NCBI GenBank assembly: GCA_963804645.1
Contig: CAWDRG010000005.1
Location: forward strand, 128,001-192,000
Direction of reading: 5' to 3'
Length of the DNA stretch: 64,000 nt
Origin: an uncultured Bacillota bacterium
GTDB lineage: Bacteria; Sysuimicrobiota; Sysuimicrobiia; Sysuimicrobiales; Segetimicrobiaceae
In this document: in pieces, positions 20,521 to 30,122 of the stretch
How positions within the stretch are numbered: the first letter of the stretch is position 1
Layout of the letters: each line of letters begins with the position of its first letter
Made by a program: the position numbers and the translations under genes
Notes under the pieces: generated by a model
The model's input: the letters and a program-made list of their open reading frames with translations, nothing else
Database searches by the model: none
Told to the model about the DNA's origin: nothing

Positions 20521-21351
20521 ATGACATCTCGGCAGTTTTGGGACATGGTGGCGCGCAATTGGGCGGTCGGCGGCTGCGTCTTCGCCATCTGCCTGGTCGC
20601 CGCCCTCGCCGCGAGCCTCGCGTCACCCCCTCTGTACGAGGCGACCGCCTTTGTCCAGATTGCTCAGCCGGCGAACCTCGGAAGTGATATACGGGCCTGG
20701 GACTTCTCACACGGCATGCTCGAGCGAGTCGACGCCGACGTGCTCGAGAACTTGCTGAGGCGGGAAGACGTGCTGGATGCCATCATCGCGCGCGCCGGCG
20801 TCGTGGGCCGTACCACGGCATCGCAACTCCACCGTCACCTCGAGCTGATCTCCACAGGCGTTGACGGTCTCTACGAAACCACCGTGTGGTCGCCGTCGCG
20901 GACCGACGCGCCGCGTCTTGCCAACGCGGCCGGCACCGTGGCGGGCGATGAGGCGATCGCGCTCGTGCGGCAGAACAGGGCGGTCATTATCACCCGTCTG
21001 CATGATGCGATGGCGGCTCTGCGCAGGGCGATCGACGACCCAGACCCAAGTGCCGACCCCCAGTGGGTAACCGGTGGCACCGATTATACTGCCGTCGACA
21101 GCGCGCGCGAACGCCATCATAGGAACGTGGCCACTTACGAGCTCCTGACGGACCGGATGACAACGCTCGACGCGGAATATCGGGCCAACCCCCTCCGGGA
21201 GACGCTCGTGAAACCGGCGGGGACGCCCGTCGACCCCGTGACGCCGGGGCCGTCATTGTATCTCCTGTTCGGCGCCGCCGGCGGCGCCGTATTGGGCCTC
21301 ACCGCCGTGCTGATCGCGGGGTCGCTCCGTGGACCTGCCGGCCTCCGCTGA
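20521..21351 (+). CDS. Wzz/Wzd-like polysaccharide chain-length determinant
   Basis: N-terminal TM then PPLYEATAFVQI, coiled-coil middle, Pro-rich PVDPVTPGP before a C-terminal Gly-rich TM. Confidence 0.7.
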   Translation: MTSRQFWDMVARNWAVGGCVFAICLVAALAASLASPPLYEATAFVQIAQPANLGSDIRAWDFSHGMLERVDADVLENLLRREDVLDAIIARAGVVGRTTASQLHRHLELISTGVDGLYETTVWSPSRTDAPRLANAAGTVAGDEAIALVRQNRAVIITRLHDAMAALRRAIDDPDPSADPQWVTGGTDYTAVDSARERHHRNVATYELLTDRMTTLDAEYRANPLRETLVKPAGTPVDPVTPGPSLYLLFGAAGGAVLGLTAVLIAGSLRGPAGLR

Positions 21352-22864
21352 CCGCGCCGGCTCGCCGCGCGCCGCGCGGCCCGCGCTCGCCGCCGCCGCG
21401 ATCAGCTGCGTGTTCTTGGCCATCGCGGCGTTGGCGCTCACGGACCTCGCGCTGATGCCGCTCCTGTTCGGCATCGCCGCGTCAACAACCGTCGCCGGCG
21501 TGCCATTTCTCATCTCCGCCGCCCGCGGACGCCTGGATCCGTTCGAGCCTCCCGTGCTCTTTAGCGTCTTCTACCTGATCGGGTTCCCCGTGACCGCCCT
21601 GATGGCGGCCGCCTTCGGGGAGCCGTTCGACCCGAGCGGATCGCTGCCGTGGTTTCCCGCGGCCCTGCTACTTGCGGCGCTCGGCATGGGCGCGTGGTTC
21701 CTGGGATACTACGCGGGTCCGGGCGCGGCGCTGGCGAGCGCCGTGCCGCGCCTCAGCCGCCGCTGGGACGAACGGCGCGCGCTTCTCGCCGTCGCCTGCT
21801 TCGGGGCAGCCGGGTGGTTCGCGCAGCTTGTCGTGGTCGTCAGGGGAGGGTATCTCCACGGATTCCGCACCGAGGTGACGGGGCAGTGGTCAACCGCCGT
21901 CGCCTGGGTCGCGAGCTTTGTCTTTGTCGCCCTCGCGATCGCCGCGGTCCGTCAGTATCAGCTCATGAGGGCCGGGAAGCGGGCGTACTGGTGGACGGGG
22001 ATCCTTGTGGTGGGGGTCATCATGGAACTGCTCTATGCGACCGCGAGCGGCTGGCGGACACAGGCGCTCGAAGCGCTGCTCATTCCGCTGCTGGTCGCCG
22101 CCTACATGCTGAAGCACATCCGATGGTCGCGCATCATCGGAGCCGCGCTCGTCAGTGTGTTCCTCATCTTTCCGTTCGCGAATGCCTACCGTGCGGAGCT
22201 TGCCAGCGAGACGGATCTGGCCGCACGCCGGCTGTCCACCGCCCCAGTCGCCGACCTGCGGCTCGCAGCGCTGCGCGGCGGAGAGGACCTTGCGCATCTC
22301 CAAGGGTGGGACTTCGCGGCGGCGTCGGTCCAAACCACGATCCAGCGGCTCGGCATGGTACAGATCGTCGCCGCGATCATCCGCGGCACGCCTGCGGTCT
22401 GGCCGTTTGAACCAGCGGAGACGCTCCAGGCGTTGATCGTGTCGCTGGCCCCGCCCCGGTTCCTCATCAAGAAACCCACGGTCGCCGTGGGCGGCAATGA
22501 ATTTGCGCACCGCTATCACTTGATCCGTCCAGAGGACGCCGACACCTCGGTGGGGCTGACGCGGCTCGGCGAGCTCTACCTCAACGGCTGGCTCGGCGCC
22601 GTCATCCTCGGGATGTGGATCGAGGGAGCGTTCGCCAGGGTCGTCTACGACTACTTGATCGGCCGCCGGCCCGTGTCGCCGGCGGCGCTCGTCTTGTATA
22701 CAATGTTTATCCTGTCGTTTCTCCTCTTCACCGCATTCGCGGACTACGCGCTGATGCTCAAGGTCGCGGTCGTGCTGGTGCCGACGCTCCTCTGGATCTC
22801 CGCCCCCCGGCGAGGCGCGCGCGCGGCGAGGACACAGGACACCGCGTCGCCGATGGCGACGTAA
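21329..22864 (+). CDS. Polytopic membrane protein, putative Wzy-like polymerase (paralogue 3, more distant)
   Basis: Many TMs; PPRFLIKKP, FAHRYHLIRPED and GELYLNGWLG resemble the other two paralogues; directly follows the Wzz-like gene. Confidence 0.6.
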   Translation: MDLPASADRAGSPRAARPALAAAAISCVFLAIAALALTDLALMPLLFGIAASTTVAGVPFLISAARGRLDPFEPPVLFSVFYLIGFPVTALMAAAFGEPFDPSGSLPWFPAALLLAALGMGAWFLGYYAGPGAALASAVPRLSRRWDERRALLAVACFGAAGWFAQLVVVVRGGYLHGFRTEVTGQWSTAVAWVASFVFVALAIAAVRQYQLMRAGKRAYWWTGILVVGVIMELLYATASGWRTQALEALLIPLLVAAYMLKHIRWSRIIGAALVSVFLIFPFANAYRAELASETDLAARRLSTAPVADLRLAALRGGEDLAHLQGWDFAAASVQTTIQRLGMVQIVAAIIRGTPAVWPFEPAETLQALIVSLAPPRFLIKKPTVAVGGNEFAHRYHLIRPEDADTSVGLTRLGELYLNGWLGAVILGMWIEGAFARVVYDYLIGRRPVSPAALVLYTMFILSFLLFTAFADYALMLKVAVVLVPTLLWISAPRRGARAARTQDTASPMAT

Positions 22865-22915
22865 CGGCCCTCCCCGGCCGCATCGCGGGGTCCATGGGCT
22901 CGTGGTGACTCCGCA

Positions 22916-24100
22916 CTATCTCGGACGTGTGCGCTCCGTACCGGGTGCCGGCTCCGACACCGCAGAGGCGAACGTCGACGATATTCCTGCGGGCGCCACG
23001 ACCAATGCAAGCAACAGCCACAGCCCCCCGCTCGTACTGATCGAGAACAGCGTGTTGTCCGCCAGTTGGTCGACCAGCAGCGCCAGCCATGCCGCCCCGA
23101 TCACGGCCCGCAGCGGATCACCGGACACCGGACCGGCGCGGGCGCTCCGCACCCACTCGCGCGCGGCGGCGATCGCCACCCACAGGGCCGCGAGCAGACC
23201 GAGGAGGCCGGTCTCCACGGCAAGGTTCAACCACATGTCGAACGCAAACGGCTCTGGGCTCATCCCGGGCGCCTTGCGCGCATCGTAGGCCACCTGGAAC
23301 GTCCCGAATCCCGTACCCAGCAGCGGGTGCGCGGCGATCATCTCGAGCGACGTGTGCCAGATCTGCAGGCGGTTCCCCGACACGTCGCTCAGCGTGTACC
23401 GCATGCGCTCCCGCACCTGGGGGACGGCGAAGCCCACCACGATCAACGCCGCCAGCCCCGCGGCAAGGATCACCGTCGCCCTGCCGGGGTGCGCACGAAG
23501 TTCGCGCCACACGAGGTAGGCGGCGCCCAGAATCCACCCCGCGAGCGATGCCCGCGATCCACTCACGAGCAGCCCGACAAAACTCAGGGCGCTGCAGACC
23601 AGCCAGAAGATGCGCGTGCGGCCCCGCGCGCGGAACGCGAAGCCCAGCGCGAGCACGCTGCCGAGCACCATCGTGGTGCCGAGGCCGTTCGGGCCGACGC
23701 CGCGGGGAATCTCGGCGCGGCCCGGGATCACCGGCCCGTTGTTCAGGTGGACGTCGTGCGCCAGGCTGTACGCGATCCCGACGCACGCCGCGACCGGCGA
23801 CGCCGCCGCCCACACGCGAAGCAGCATCGACCGGGCCTCGGGCTCGCGGCTCAGCAGCCACGTGAACCCGCCGAAATACACGGCGCCCGAAATGAGCAGC
23901 GCGACGGTGACGAGCGGCGCGACCTGCCGATACGGCGACGCCGCCGCCGAGACGACGAGCACGGCCGCGAAGACGGCGAGCGGTCCATCGAGGACGGTCC
24001 GCGCCCACAGCCACGACCGCCGCGCCGCGAGGCTCCACAGCGCTCCGAAAAACAGCAGACCGAAGCCGATGGTCGAATACCCGAAGCCGTAGAGGGCCAC
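22916..24100 (-). CDS. O-antigen ligase family protein (WaaL/Wzy_C); true N-terminus probably extends upstream
   Basis: GPNGLG, LLVSGSRASLAG, RLQIW...HPLLGTGFGTF, WLNLAVETGLLG. Confidence 0.85.
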   Translation of the reverse strand: MALYGFGYSTIGFGLLFFGALWSLAARRSWLWARTVLDGPLAVFAAVLVVSAAASPYRQVAPLVTVALLISGAVYFGGFTWLLSREPEARSMLLRVWAAASPVAACVGIAYSLAHDVHLNNGPVIPGRAEIPRGVGPNGLGTTMVLGSVLALGFAFRARGRTRIFWLVCSALSFVGLLVSGSRASLAGWILGAAYLVWRELRAHPGRATVILAAGLAALIVVGFAVPQVRERMRYTLSDVSGNRLQIWHTSLEMIAAHPLLGTGFGTFQVAYDARKAPGMSPEPFAFDMWLNLAVETGLLGLLAALWVAIAAAREWVRSARAGPVSGDPLRAVIGAAWLALLVDQLADNTLFSISTSGGLWLLLALVVAPAGISSTFASAVSEPAPGTERTRPR

Positions 24101-24231
24101 GACGGCGATCGCCGCCCACCGGATGTACGCGGCGAACGCGCGCCCCGCGACGGGACGTGCCGGGAGGGGGCGGGGTCGACGGGTTCCGCGCCGCCCCGGC
24201 TACCACTGCGGCGCGGCGGCGGGCCTCGGGC

Positions 24232-26106
24232 TCACGGACGCGCGGAACTCGCGCCGGTCCCGACCTTCGCGCGGATGTCGCGGACGAGCGTCGCCACGAC
24301 CTCGTACCGGCCGAACGACGGCATCAGATACGCGCCGTCGATCCGGTCGACGAGCCCGAGCAGCAGCTCCCGGGCCAGCAGCAGCCCCTCATCCCGGCCC
24401 GCGTTGCCGGCGGCCTGCATGCGGTCGCGGACCCACTGGGGGATCGAGATGCCCGGCACCTCGTTGTGCAGGAACTCCGCGTGGCGAAAGCTCTGCAGCG
24501 GCAGCACGCCGAGCAGGACGGGCACCGGGAGCGTGCCGACCCGGCGCAGGAACACATCCAGGACTTCCGGCTCGTAGATCGGCTGGGTCATGAAGAAGTC
24601 GACGCCCGCCTCGAGCTTGCGCTCGAGCCGCGGAAGCTCCCGTTCGAGCGTCTCCGGGTTCATGTCGAGCGCGGCGCCCGTGAGGAAGCGGGCGGGATGC
24701 CCGATCGACTTCCCCGACAGATCCAGCCCCTCGTTGAAGCGGCGGATGATGCGCGCGAGCCCGACGCTGTCGACGTCATAGACGGCGGTGACGTTCGGAT
24801 AGTCGCCGCGCGGCGGCTCTCCGGTGAGCGCCAGGACGTTCCGGACGCCCATCGCGTGCGCGCCGATCAGATCCGCCTGAATTCCGACCAGGTTCCGGTC
24901 GCGCGTCGTAAAGTGAATGATCGTCTCGATCCCGACGTGCTGCTGGATCAGAAAGCACATCGCGAGCGCGCTCATCCGGACCCGCCCGATCGGGCTGTCG
25001 CCGACGTCGATGACGTCGGCGCCCGCGGCTTTGAGGAGACGCGCACCCTCGAGGTCCTTTGTGGCGTCCAGGCCCTTCGGCGGATCGACCTCCACGCTGA
25101 TCACGAACGACCGGCGCAGCTTTTGGGCCAGCTCGCTCGGCTGGTCGACCGGCTGGGGCGCCCCTTCCTGAGACGCGCCAAACGTCAGGGTGGCCGGCGA
25201 CGCCTCTCCGGCGGGGTGCAGGTCCGCGATCGCGCGCCCGATCGCCGCGATGTGCTCCGGGGTCGTCCCGCAGCATCCGCCGACGATCCGCGCGCCCGCC
25301 TCGACCATCTTCCGCGCGTAGGCCGCCAGGTGCTCCGGGGAGGCCGCGTAGAGATAGCGCCCGTCGACCAGCGCCGGAAATCCCGCGTTCGGCTGCGCCG
25401 AGATCGGCACGTGCGCGCACGCCGCCATCAACTGGACCACCTCGAGCATGGGCACCGGGCCCACGCTGCAGTTCGCGCCCACGACATCCACCCCGAGCCC
25501 CTCGAGCGCGGCCACGACCTCCGCGGGAGCGTGCCCGTAGCGCGTGCGGCCGTCCTCGGCGAAGCTCATCTGCGCGACCACCGGCAGGTCGCACGCCTCG
25601 TGCGCGGCCCGCACCGCCTCGAGCAACTCGGTGAGGTCGGTGAACGTCTCCAGCATCACGACGTCGATCCCGCCCTCGACCAACGGATCGATCTGCGCGC
25701 GGAACGCCTCGCGCACCTCCGGGGGCGTGATCCGCCCGTACGGGGCGACCGGCTTCCCGAGGGGCCCGACGGCGCCCGCAATCAGCACGGCCCGGCCGAA
25801 CACGTCCCGGGCCTCCTTCGCGATCTTGGCGCCCCGAAGGTTGATGTCCCGGACCCGATCGGCGTACCCGTAGCCGGCCAGCCTGATCGGATTCGCGCCG
25901 AAGGTGTTTGTCTCGATCATCTCGGCGCCCGCGCGCAGGTAATCGAGGTGGACCGTCAGCACGAGCTCGCGGCGGGTCAGGTTGAGGGCGTCGAACGACT
26001 GATCGAACGGAACGCCGCGCGCGTAGAGCAGCGTCCCCATGGCTCCGTCGCAGAGCAGCGGGCCGCGCGCGAGGCGCGCGCGCAGCGGATGCGTCGACCC
26101 GGTCAC
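24232..26106 (-). CDS. yitJ: Bifunctional homocysteine S-methyltransferase / methylenetetrahydrofolate reductase
   Basis: LLCDGAMGT, ETNTFGAN, GANCSVGP, GGCCGTTPEHI, then ISVEVDPPKG, RDRN and FFMTQPIY; GTG overlaps the upstream TGA. Confidence 0.92.
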   Translation of the reverse strand: MTGSTHPLRARLARGPLLCDGAMGTLLYARGVPFDQSFDALNLTRRELVLTVHLDYLRAGAEMIETNTFGANPIRLAGYGYADRVRDINLRGAKIAKEARDVFGRAVLIAGAVGPLGKPVAPYGRITPPEVREAFRAQIDPLVEGGIDVVMLETFTDLTELLEAVRAAHEACDLPVVAQMSFAEDGRTRYGHAPAEVVAALEGLGVDVVGANCSVGPVPMLEVVQLMAACAHVPISAQPNAGFPALVDGRYLYAASPEHLAAYARKMVEAGARIVGGCCGTTPEHIAAIGRAIADLHPAGEASPATLTFGASQEGAPQPVDQPSELAQKLRRSFVISVEVDPPKGLDATKDLEGARLLKAAGADVIDVGDSPIGRVRMSALAMCFLIQQHVGIETIIHFTTRDRNLVGIQADLIGAHAMGVRNVLALTGEPPRGDYPNVTAVYDVDSVGLARIIRRFNEGLDLSGKSIGHPARFLTGAALDMNPETLERELPRLERKLEAGVDFFMTQPIYEPEVLDVFLRRVGTLPVPVLLGVLPLQSFRHAEFLHNEVPGISIPQWVRDRMQAAGNAGRDEGLLLARELLLGLVDRIDGAYLMPSFGRYEVVATLVRDIRAKVGTGASSARP

Positions 26107-26858
26107 GGCTTCAGCTGCAGCGGCGTTCCCCCACAGGCCTCGCACGGCTGGGAGTAGTCGGCCTGACTGCTCAACACAAACGCGTCGGCGCTTTGATGAA
26201 ACGACCGGACGGGGAACGGCACCGGCCACGTGCGGAAGTCGATCACCGGATTCATCTGCCGCTCGAGGCGATCGACCACCACGTACGGCAGCGGAATCGA
26301 GTTCACGAACAATGCCTGGAGGTGGAAGAACACCTCGGGCGCGCCGTACACCTGAAACTCTCCCTGCATCCGCACCCGCGTCGGCACGCCGTTGTATAAG
26401 AACGTTCCACGCGCGGTGATGGAGTCGCCGTCCACCGTGAGGGTCACGTTGCGGACCGCGTCCTGATGGTTCAGGAACTCCTGGACGCTCGCGAGCGACA
26501 GCTTCCCATAGATGGCGCTCTCGCGCACGTCGAGGACTTTCAACGTCCCCTGCCGCAGCGCATCGGGGTCGAAGCTGACCCCCACGAGCCGAATCCACAT
26601 CTGGTCGATCCGCATGCCCTTGATCTCGGGGTGCTCCGCGTAGACGCTGACCCGCGCGTAGCCCCCCTCGTAGAGATCGGGCACCACGTCGAGACGCAGC
26701 ACCGGCGGGTTCGCGAGCAGTGTGCGGAACAGCGGCTCCAGGACGGCCGTGTCCGCGACCGTCAGGGCGTGCGCAGGCACGGCACCACCGAGCCAGCCGA
26801 GCAAGATCAGTACCACGAGGCCTCGACGCGCCATCGTGGCGGGGTTCGGGATATTCAC
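26103..26858 (-). CDS. Exported protein, DUF2993/LmeA-like (putative lipid-binding)
   Basis: GGAGG RBS before GTG; signal peptide ending AVPAHA; beta-rich body (VSFDPDALRQGTLKV). Family assignment is by resemblance only. Confidence 0.5.
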   Translation of the reverse strand: MNIPNPATMARRGLVVLILLGWLGGAVPAHALTVADTAVLEPLFRTLLANPPVLRLDVVPDLYEGGYARVSVYAEHPEIKGMRIDQMWIRLVGVSFDPDALRQGTLKVLDVRESAIYGKLSLASVQEFLNHQDAVRNVTLTVDGDSITARGTFLYNGVPTRVRMQGEFQVYGAPEVFFHLQALFVNSIPLPYVVVDRLERQMNPVIDFRTWPVPFPVRSFHQSADAFVLSSQADYSQPCEACGGTPLQLKP

Positions 26859-27015
26859 GGGTGACTCCTCCCGCGCGAGTTGCGCGCTCACCCGATAAAA
26901 CGCCGAGCGCGAGCAAACCGTTCCCGGTGCCAATTCGGACCCGTGTGTTGACACGCATAGGACGCGGAGGAATCCGTCGGTGTACGGCATCGTGCACAAC
27001 TCTATGAGCGCACCG

Positions 27016-28627
27016 TTAGCGCGGGGTGGGTCCGAACTGGAACTGCGATGCGACGCCCGCGAGCGTGTTGACGTTTAGGGTGATGTAGATCGTGTTGGTG
27101 GAGGGATTGCTTGGGAAGACCCGGTACAGAAGCCCAATCGAGAGGCAGTCGCATGTCGCATTCACGGCGAAGTCGACCTCGCCTAACTGCCCCGTACTGA
27201 GGGTGTAATTGGCGGACGTCGTGAACAACACGGACGGGCTGATCTGGAAGTTCACGCTGGCATTCGCGGACAGCTGCTGCCCGTAGAAGTCGTAGGCGAA
27301 ACTGAGCGTCCCCGACTGGAACAGACCCCTCGACGGATAGTAGGAATAGCTCACGTTGATCGAGCTGTCCGGGCTCGTCGAATCAAACTCAAACGGCGTG
27401 AACGGCCCGTTGAGCACGGCCCCGGGCGGCGCGACACCGGTGACCGCGGTCGAGTTGTACGACAGGGTAACCGAACTCGTGGGGTTGAGGATCTGCGTCA
27501 GGGCGGTCGAGAAGTTAAAGACGTTCCGCTGGACGCCCGTTCCCGTAGTAGTCATATTGGTAATAGGCGCTCGCCGCCAGGCTGAGCACATTCGACAGCT
27601 CAAGCGTGCGGGTCTGCAGGTAGACGATTCCATCGGCACGGGTGGTGTCCACACCCGTTGCGAGTTCGTCGTAGTCGCCGTAGTGCGCCTGCACCTCATA
27701 CGCATCCGGGAGGTCGTCGACCGGATGCGTGTCGTAATAGAGGCTGAGCGAGTTCTGATTCAGGTTAATCAGGTTGCCGTTCTGGTCATACGTCTCCTGC
27801 CGCCCAAGGTGAAGCGTCCACGTGTGATCCGCGGCGGGCAGGGTCGCCACGTCCTCGGCGGTAAACTGCGTGATCGTCCCGTAGCGAAACCGCAGCTGAT
27901 CGGAGACGTCGCCGAGCGGAAACCACTGGGCGTAGTCGATGAAGAGCCCGTCCAGATTGTTGTACCCGAACGTCGGACCGCTCTGCGCCTGACGGTTCTT
28001 CTTCAGCGACGCGGTGTAGACGGGCAGGGTGACCACGCGCACGCCGTAAACGTAGAGCGACGAATTGTACGCGGTGAAATACTCGTCCGGCACGATCAGC
28101 ACGTGGTCCGACGTCACGTGAAAGAACGGGTGCGTCGGATCGCACGGCGTCATCGTCACCATCCGGGCCGTGCCGGTGCCGTTGCCCTGCGTGTCGAGCA
28201 GTTGGGTCTTCACGTTCCAGGGGCCGTACTTGGTCGTCACCTGTCCCATGTGCCCGACCCGCGTGCGGTAGTTGTACATGAGCGAGTCGCCGCTCGCCGA
28301 CTGCGTGCCCTCCACCAGCGTGACGTGGCCCTGCGCGTCCACCTCCCCGGTCTGAAGATTGCCGGCGAGGTGGTCCGCGGTGATCGTCACGTCCTCCTGC
28401 GTCGCCTTCACGTGACCGTCGGCCACGACCGTGCCGGCCGCCGTGTCGTAGTCGATGTGGTCCGCTGACAGCGAAATCGGCGACGCCGAGACCGCCGCCG
28501 GAGCCGCCAGCGCGGGCAAGGCGGTGGAGGCCACGAGGAAGGCCAGCAGCAGCAGCGCGACGGCCTGGCGCGGACGGACGGCGCGCACCCGCCGCGCGAT
28601 CGCCCGGACCCAGGGTCCCCGTCTCAT
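27016..28627 (-). CDS. LptD/OstA-like outer-membrane beta-barrel protein, apparent +1 frameshift at ~27543
   Basis: Signal peptide, ISLSADHIDYD...VADGHV jellyroll, MTPCDPTHPFFHV (LptD TxC motif), aromatic beta-strands, DCLSIGLLYR near the C-terminus in the second ORF. Confidence 0.75.
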
Positions 28628-28689
28628 GACGGCGCGCTCCGTCCCACGGGCCGAGGCTGCGCAGCCCGACCGGCTCGGCTCATGTCCGC

Positions 28690-30081
28690 CTACCAGGAAA
28701 CGGGGGCGACCTCGGGATACCGACGCAGCGCGTCGGTCACGACTTGCTTCGCGCGCGCCAGCGCCTCGGGCGTGGTGCCCTCGGCCCGCGCCACGAGCAC
28801 CGGCTGCGTGTTGCTCGCCCGGATGAGCGCCCAGCCGTCCGGAAACACGATGCGGGCGCCGTCGACGTCGATCACCTGGTAGCGTCCCCGGAACTCCGCG
28901 GTGAGCGCCGCGACCACCTCAAACTTGCGGGCGTCCGGGCACGCGATGCGTGTCTCCGGCGTCACGTAATAGCGGGGAATCTCCCCGGCGAGGTCGGACA
29001 GCGTCCGATCCGAGTGGGACAAGAGGCGCAGCAGACGGCCGGCCGCGTACACGGCGTCGTCATAGCCGTAGTACTCGTCGGCGAAAAACATGTGCCCGGA
29101 CATCTCGCCCGCGAACACCGCGCCGACCTCCCGCATCCGCGCCTTGATCAGCGAGTGCCCGGTCCGGGTGAACTCGGTCCGGCCGCCGAGGCGGGTCACC
29201 TCGTCGATCAGCGCCTGCGAGCACTTGACCTCCACGAGCGCCAGCGCGCCCGGGTGCGCGGCGAGCACCTCGCGCCAAAACAGCGCCATCAGTTGATCGC
29301 CCCACAGGATCTCGCCCCGGTCGTCCACCACGCCGATGCGATCGCCGTCGCCGTCGATCCCGATGCCGAGATCGGCGCCCCGCGCCCGCACGAGCGCGAT
29401 GAGATCCGCGAGGTTGGCCGGCTCGACCGGGTCGGGATGGTGGTGCGGAAACGCCGGATCGGGATCGCAGTACAGCGGCAGGACCTCGCAGCCCCAGCCG
29501 CGGAGGATCTCGGGCGCGAACGCCCCGGCGGTGCCGTTGCCGCAGTCGAGCGCCACGCGCAGCCGGCGCGGCCCGAGGCGGATGCGCTCCCGGAGCATCG
29601 CCGCGTACGCGCCGGCGACCTCGCGCTGCTCGAGCCGGCCCGCGCCGGTACGCGTCGGTCCGCGCTCGCCGATCTCCCGGACCCGCTGCACCTCCGCGCC
29701 GTACAGGGTGCCCGGGCCGTACGCGAGCTTGAAGCCGTTGAACTCCGCCGGATTGTGGCTCGCCGTCACCATCATGCCCCCGCCGATCTCGAGGTGGCGC
29801 AGGGCGAAGTAGAAGATCGGAGAGAGCGCGAGCCCGATCGCGGTCACGTCGACGCCGGTCTCCCGCAGGCCGTGGATCGCCGCGGCGTACAGCGCCTCCG
29901 AACTCACGCGGTTGTCGTGTCCCACGACGGCGCGGTCGACGCCCGCGTCGCGGAGATACGTGCCGAACGCGCGGGCGATCACGTCCGCCGCCTCTGCGTC
30001 GAGCTCCCGCCCGACGACACCGCGGATATCGTACTCGCGAAAGATTCCCGCCGGCGGCCGCATCACGGAAGAGTTTCCCAC
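28690..30081 (-). CDS. Phosphomannomutase/phosphoglucomutase
   Basis: FREYDIRG, TASHNP, DGDGDR, GEMSGH, RASNTQP; GGGGAGG RBS before GTG. Confidence 0.95.
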   Translation of the reverse strand: MGNSSVMRPPAGIFREYDIRGVVGRELDAEAADVIARAFGTYLRDAGVDRAVVGHDNRVSSEALYAAAIHGLRETGVDVTAIGLALSPIFYFALRHLEIGGGMMVTASHNPAEFNGFKLAYGPGTLYGAEVQRVREIGERGPTRTGAGRLEQREVAGAYAAMLRERIRLGPRRLRVALDCGNGTAGAFAPEILRGWGCEVLPLYCDPDPAFPHHHPDPVEPANLADLIALVRARGADLGIGIDGDGDRIGVVDDRGEILWGDQLMALFWREVLAAHPGALALVEVKCSQALIDEVTRLGGRTEFTRTGHSLIKARMREVGAVFAGEMSGHMFFADEYYGYDDAVYAAGRLLRLLSHSDRTLSDLAGEIPRYYVTPETRIACPDARKFEVVAALTAEFRGRYQVIDVDGARIVFPDGWALIRASNTQPVLVARAEGTTPEALARAKQVVTDALRRYPEVAPVSW

Positions 30082-30110
30082 GGACTCTACCTCCCCCTGC
30101 AGGAGGACGC

Positions 30111-30116
30111 TATAAT
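30111..30116 (+). promoter_or_regulatory. -10 box TATAAT 6 nt before the msbA-like ATG (leaderless)
   Basis: TATAAT-gaaggc-ATG. Confidence 0.65.
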
Positions 30117-30122
30117 GAAGGC

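Noticed and set aside
26912..26934. Possible sigma54 promoter (TGGCAC...TTGC) upstream of the DUF2993-like gene
   Set aside because: GG-to-GC spacing is 15 nt rather than the required 10.
26858..27016. SAM riboswitch upstream of the yitJ-containing unit
   Set aside because: No SAM-I core motifs (ATCnAGAG, GGCAACC) recognisable by eye; an Rfam scan would be decisive.
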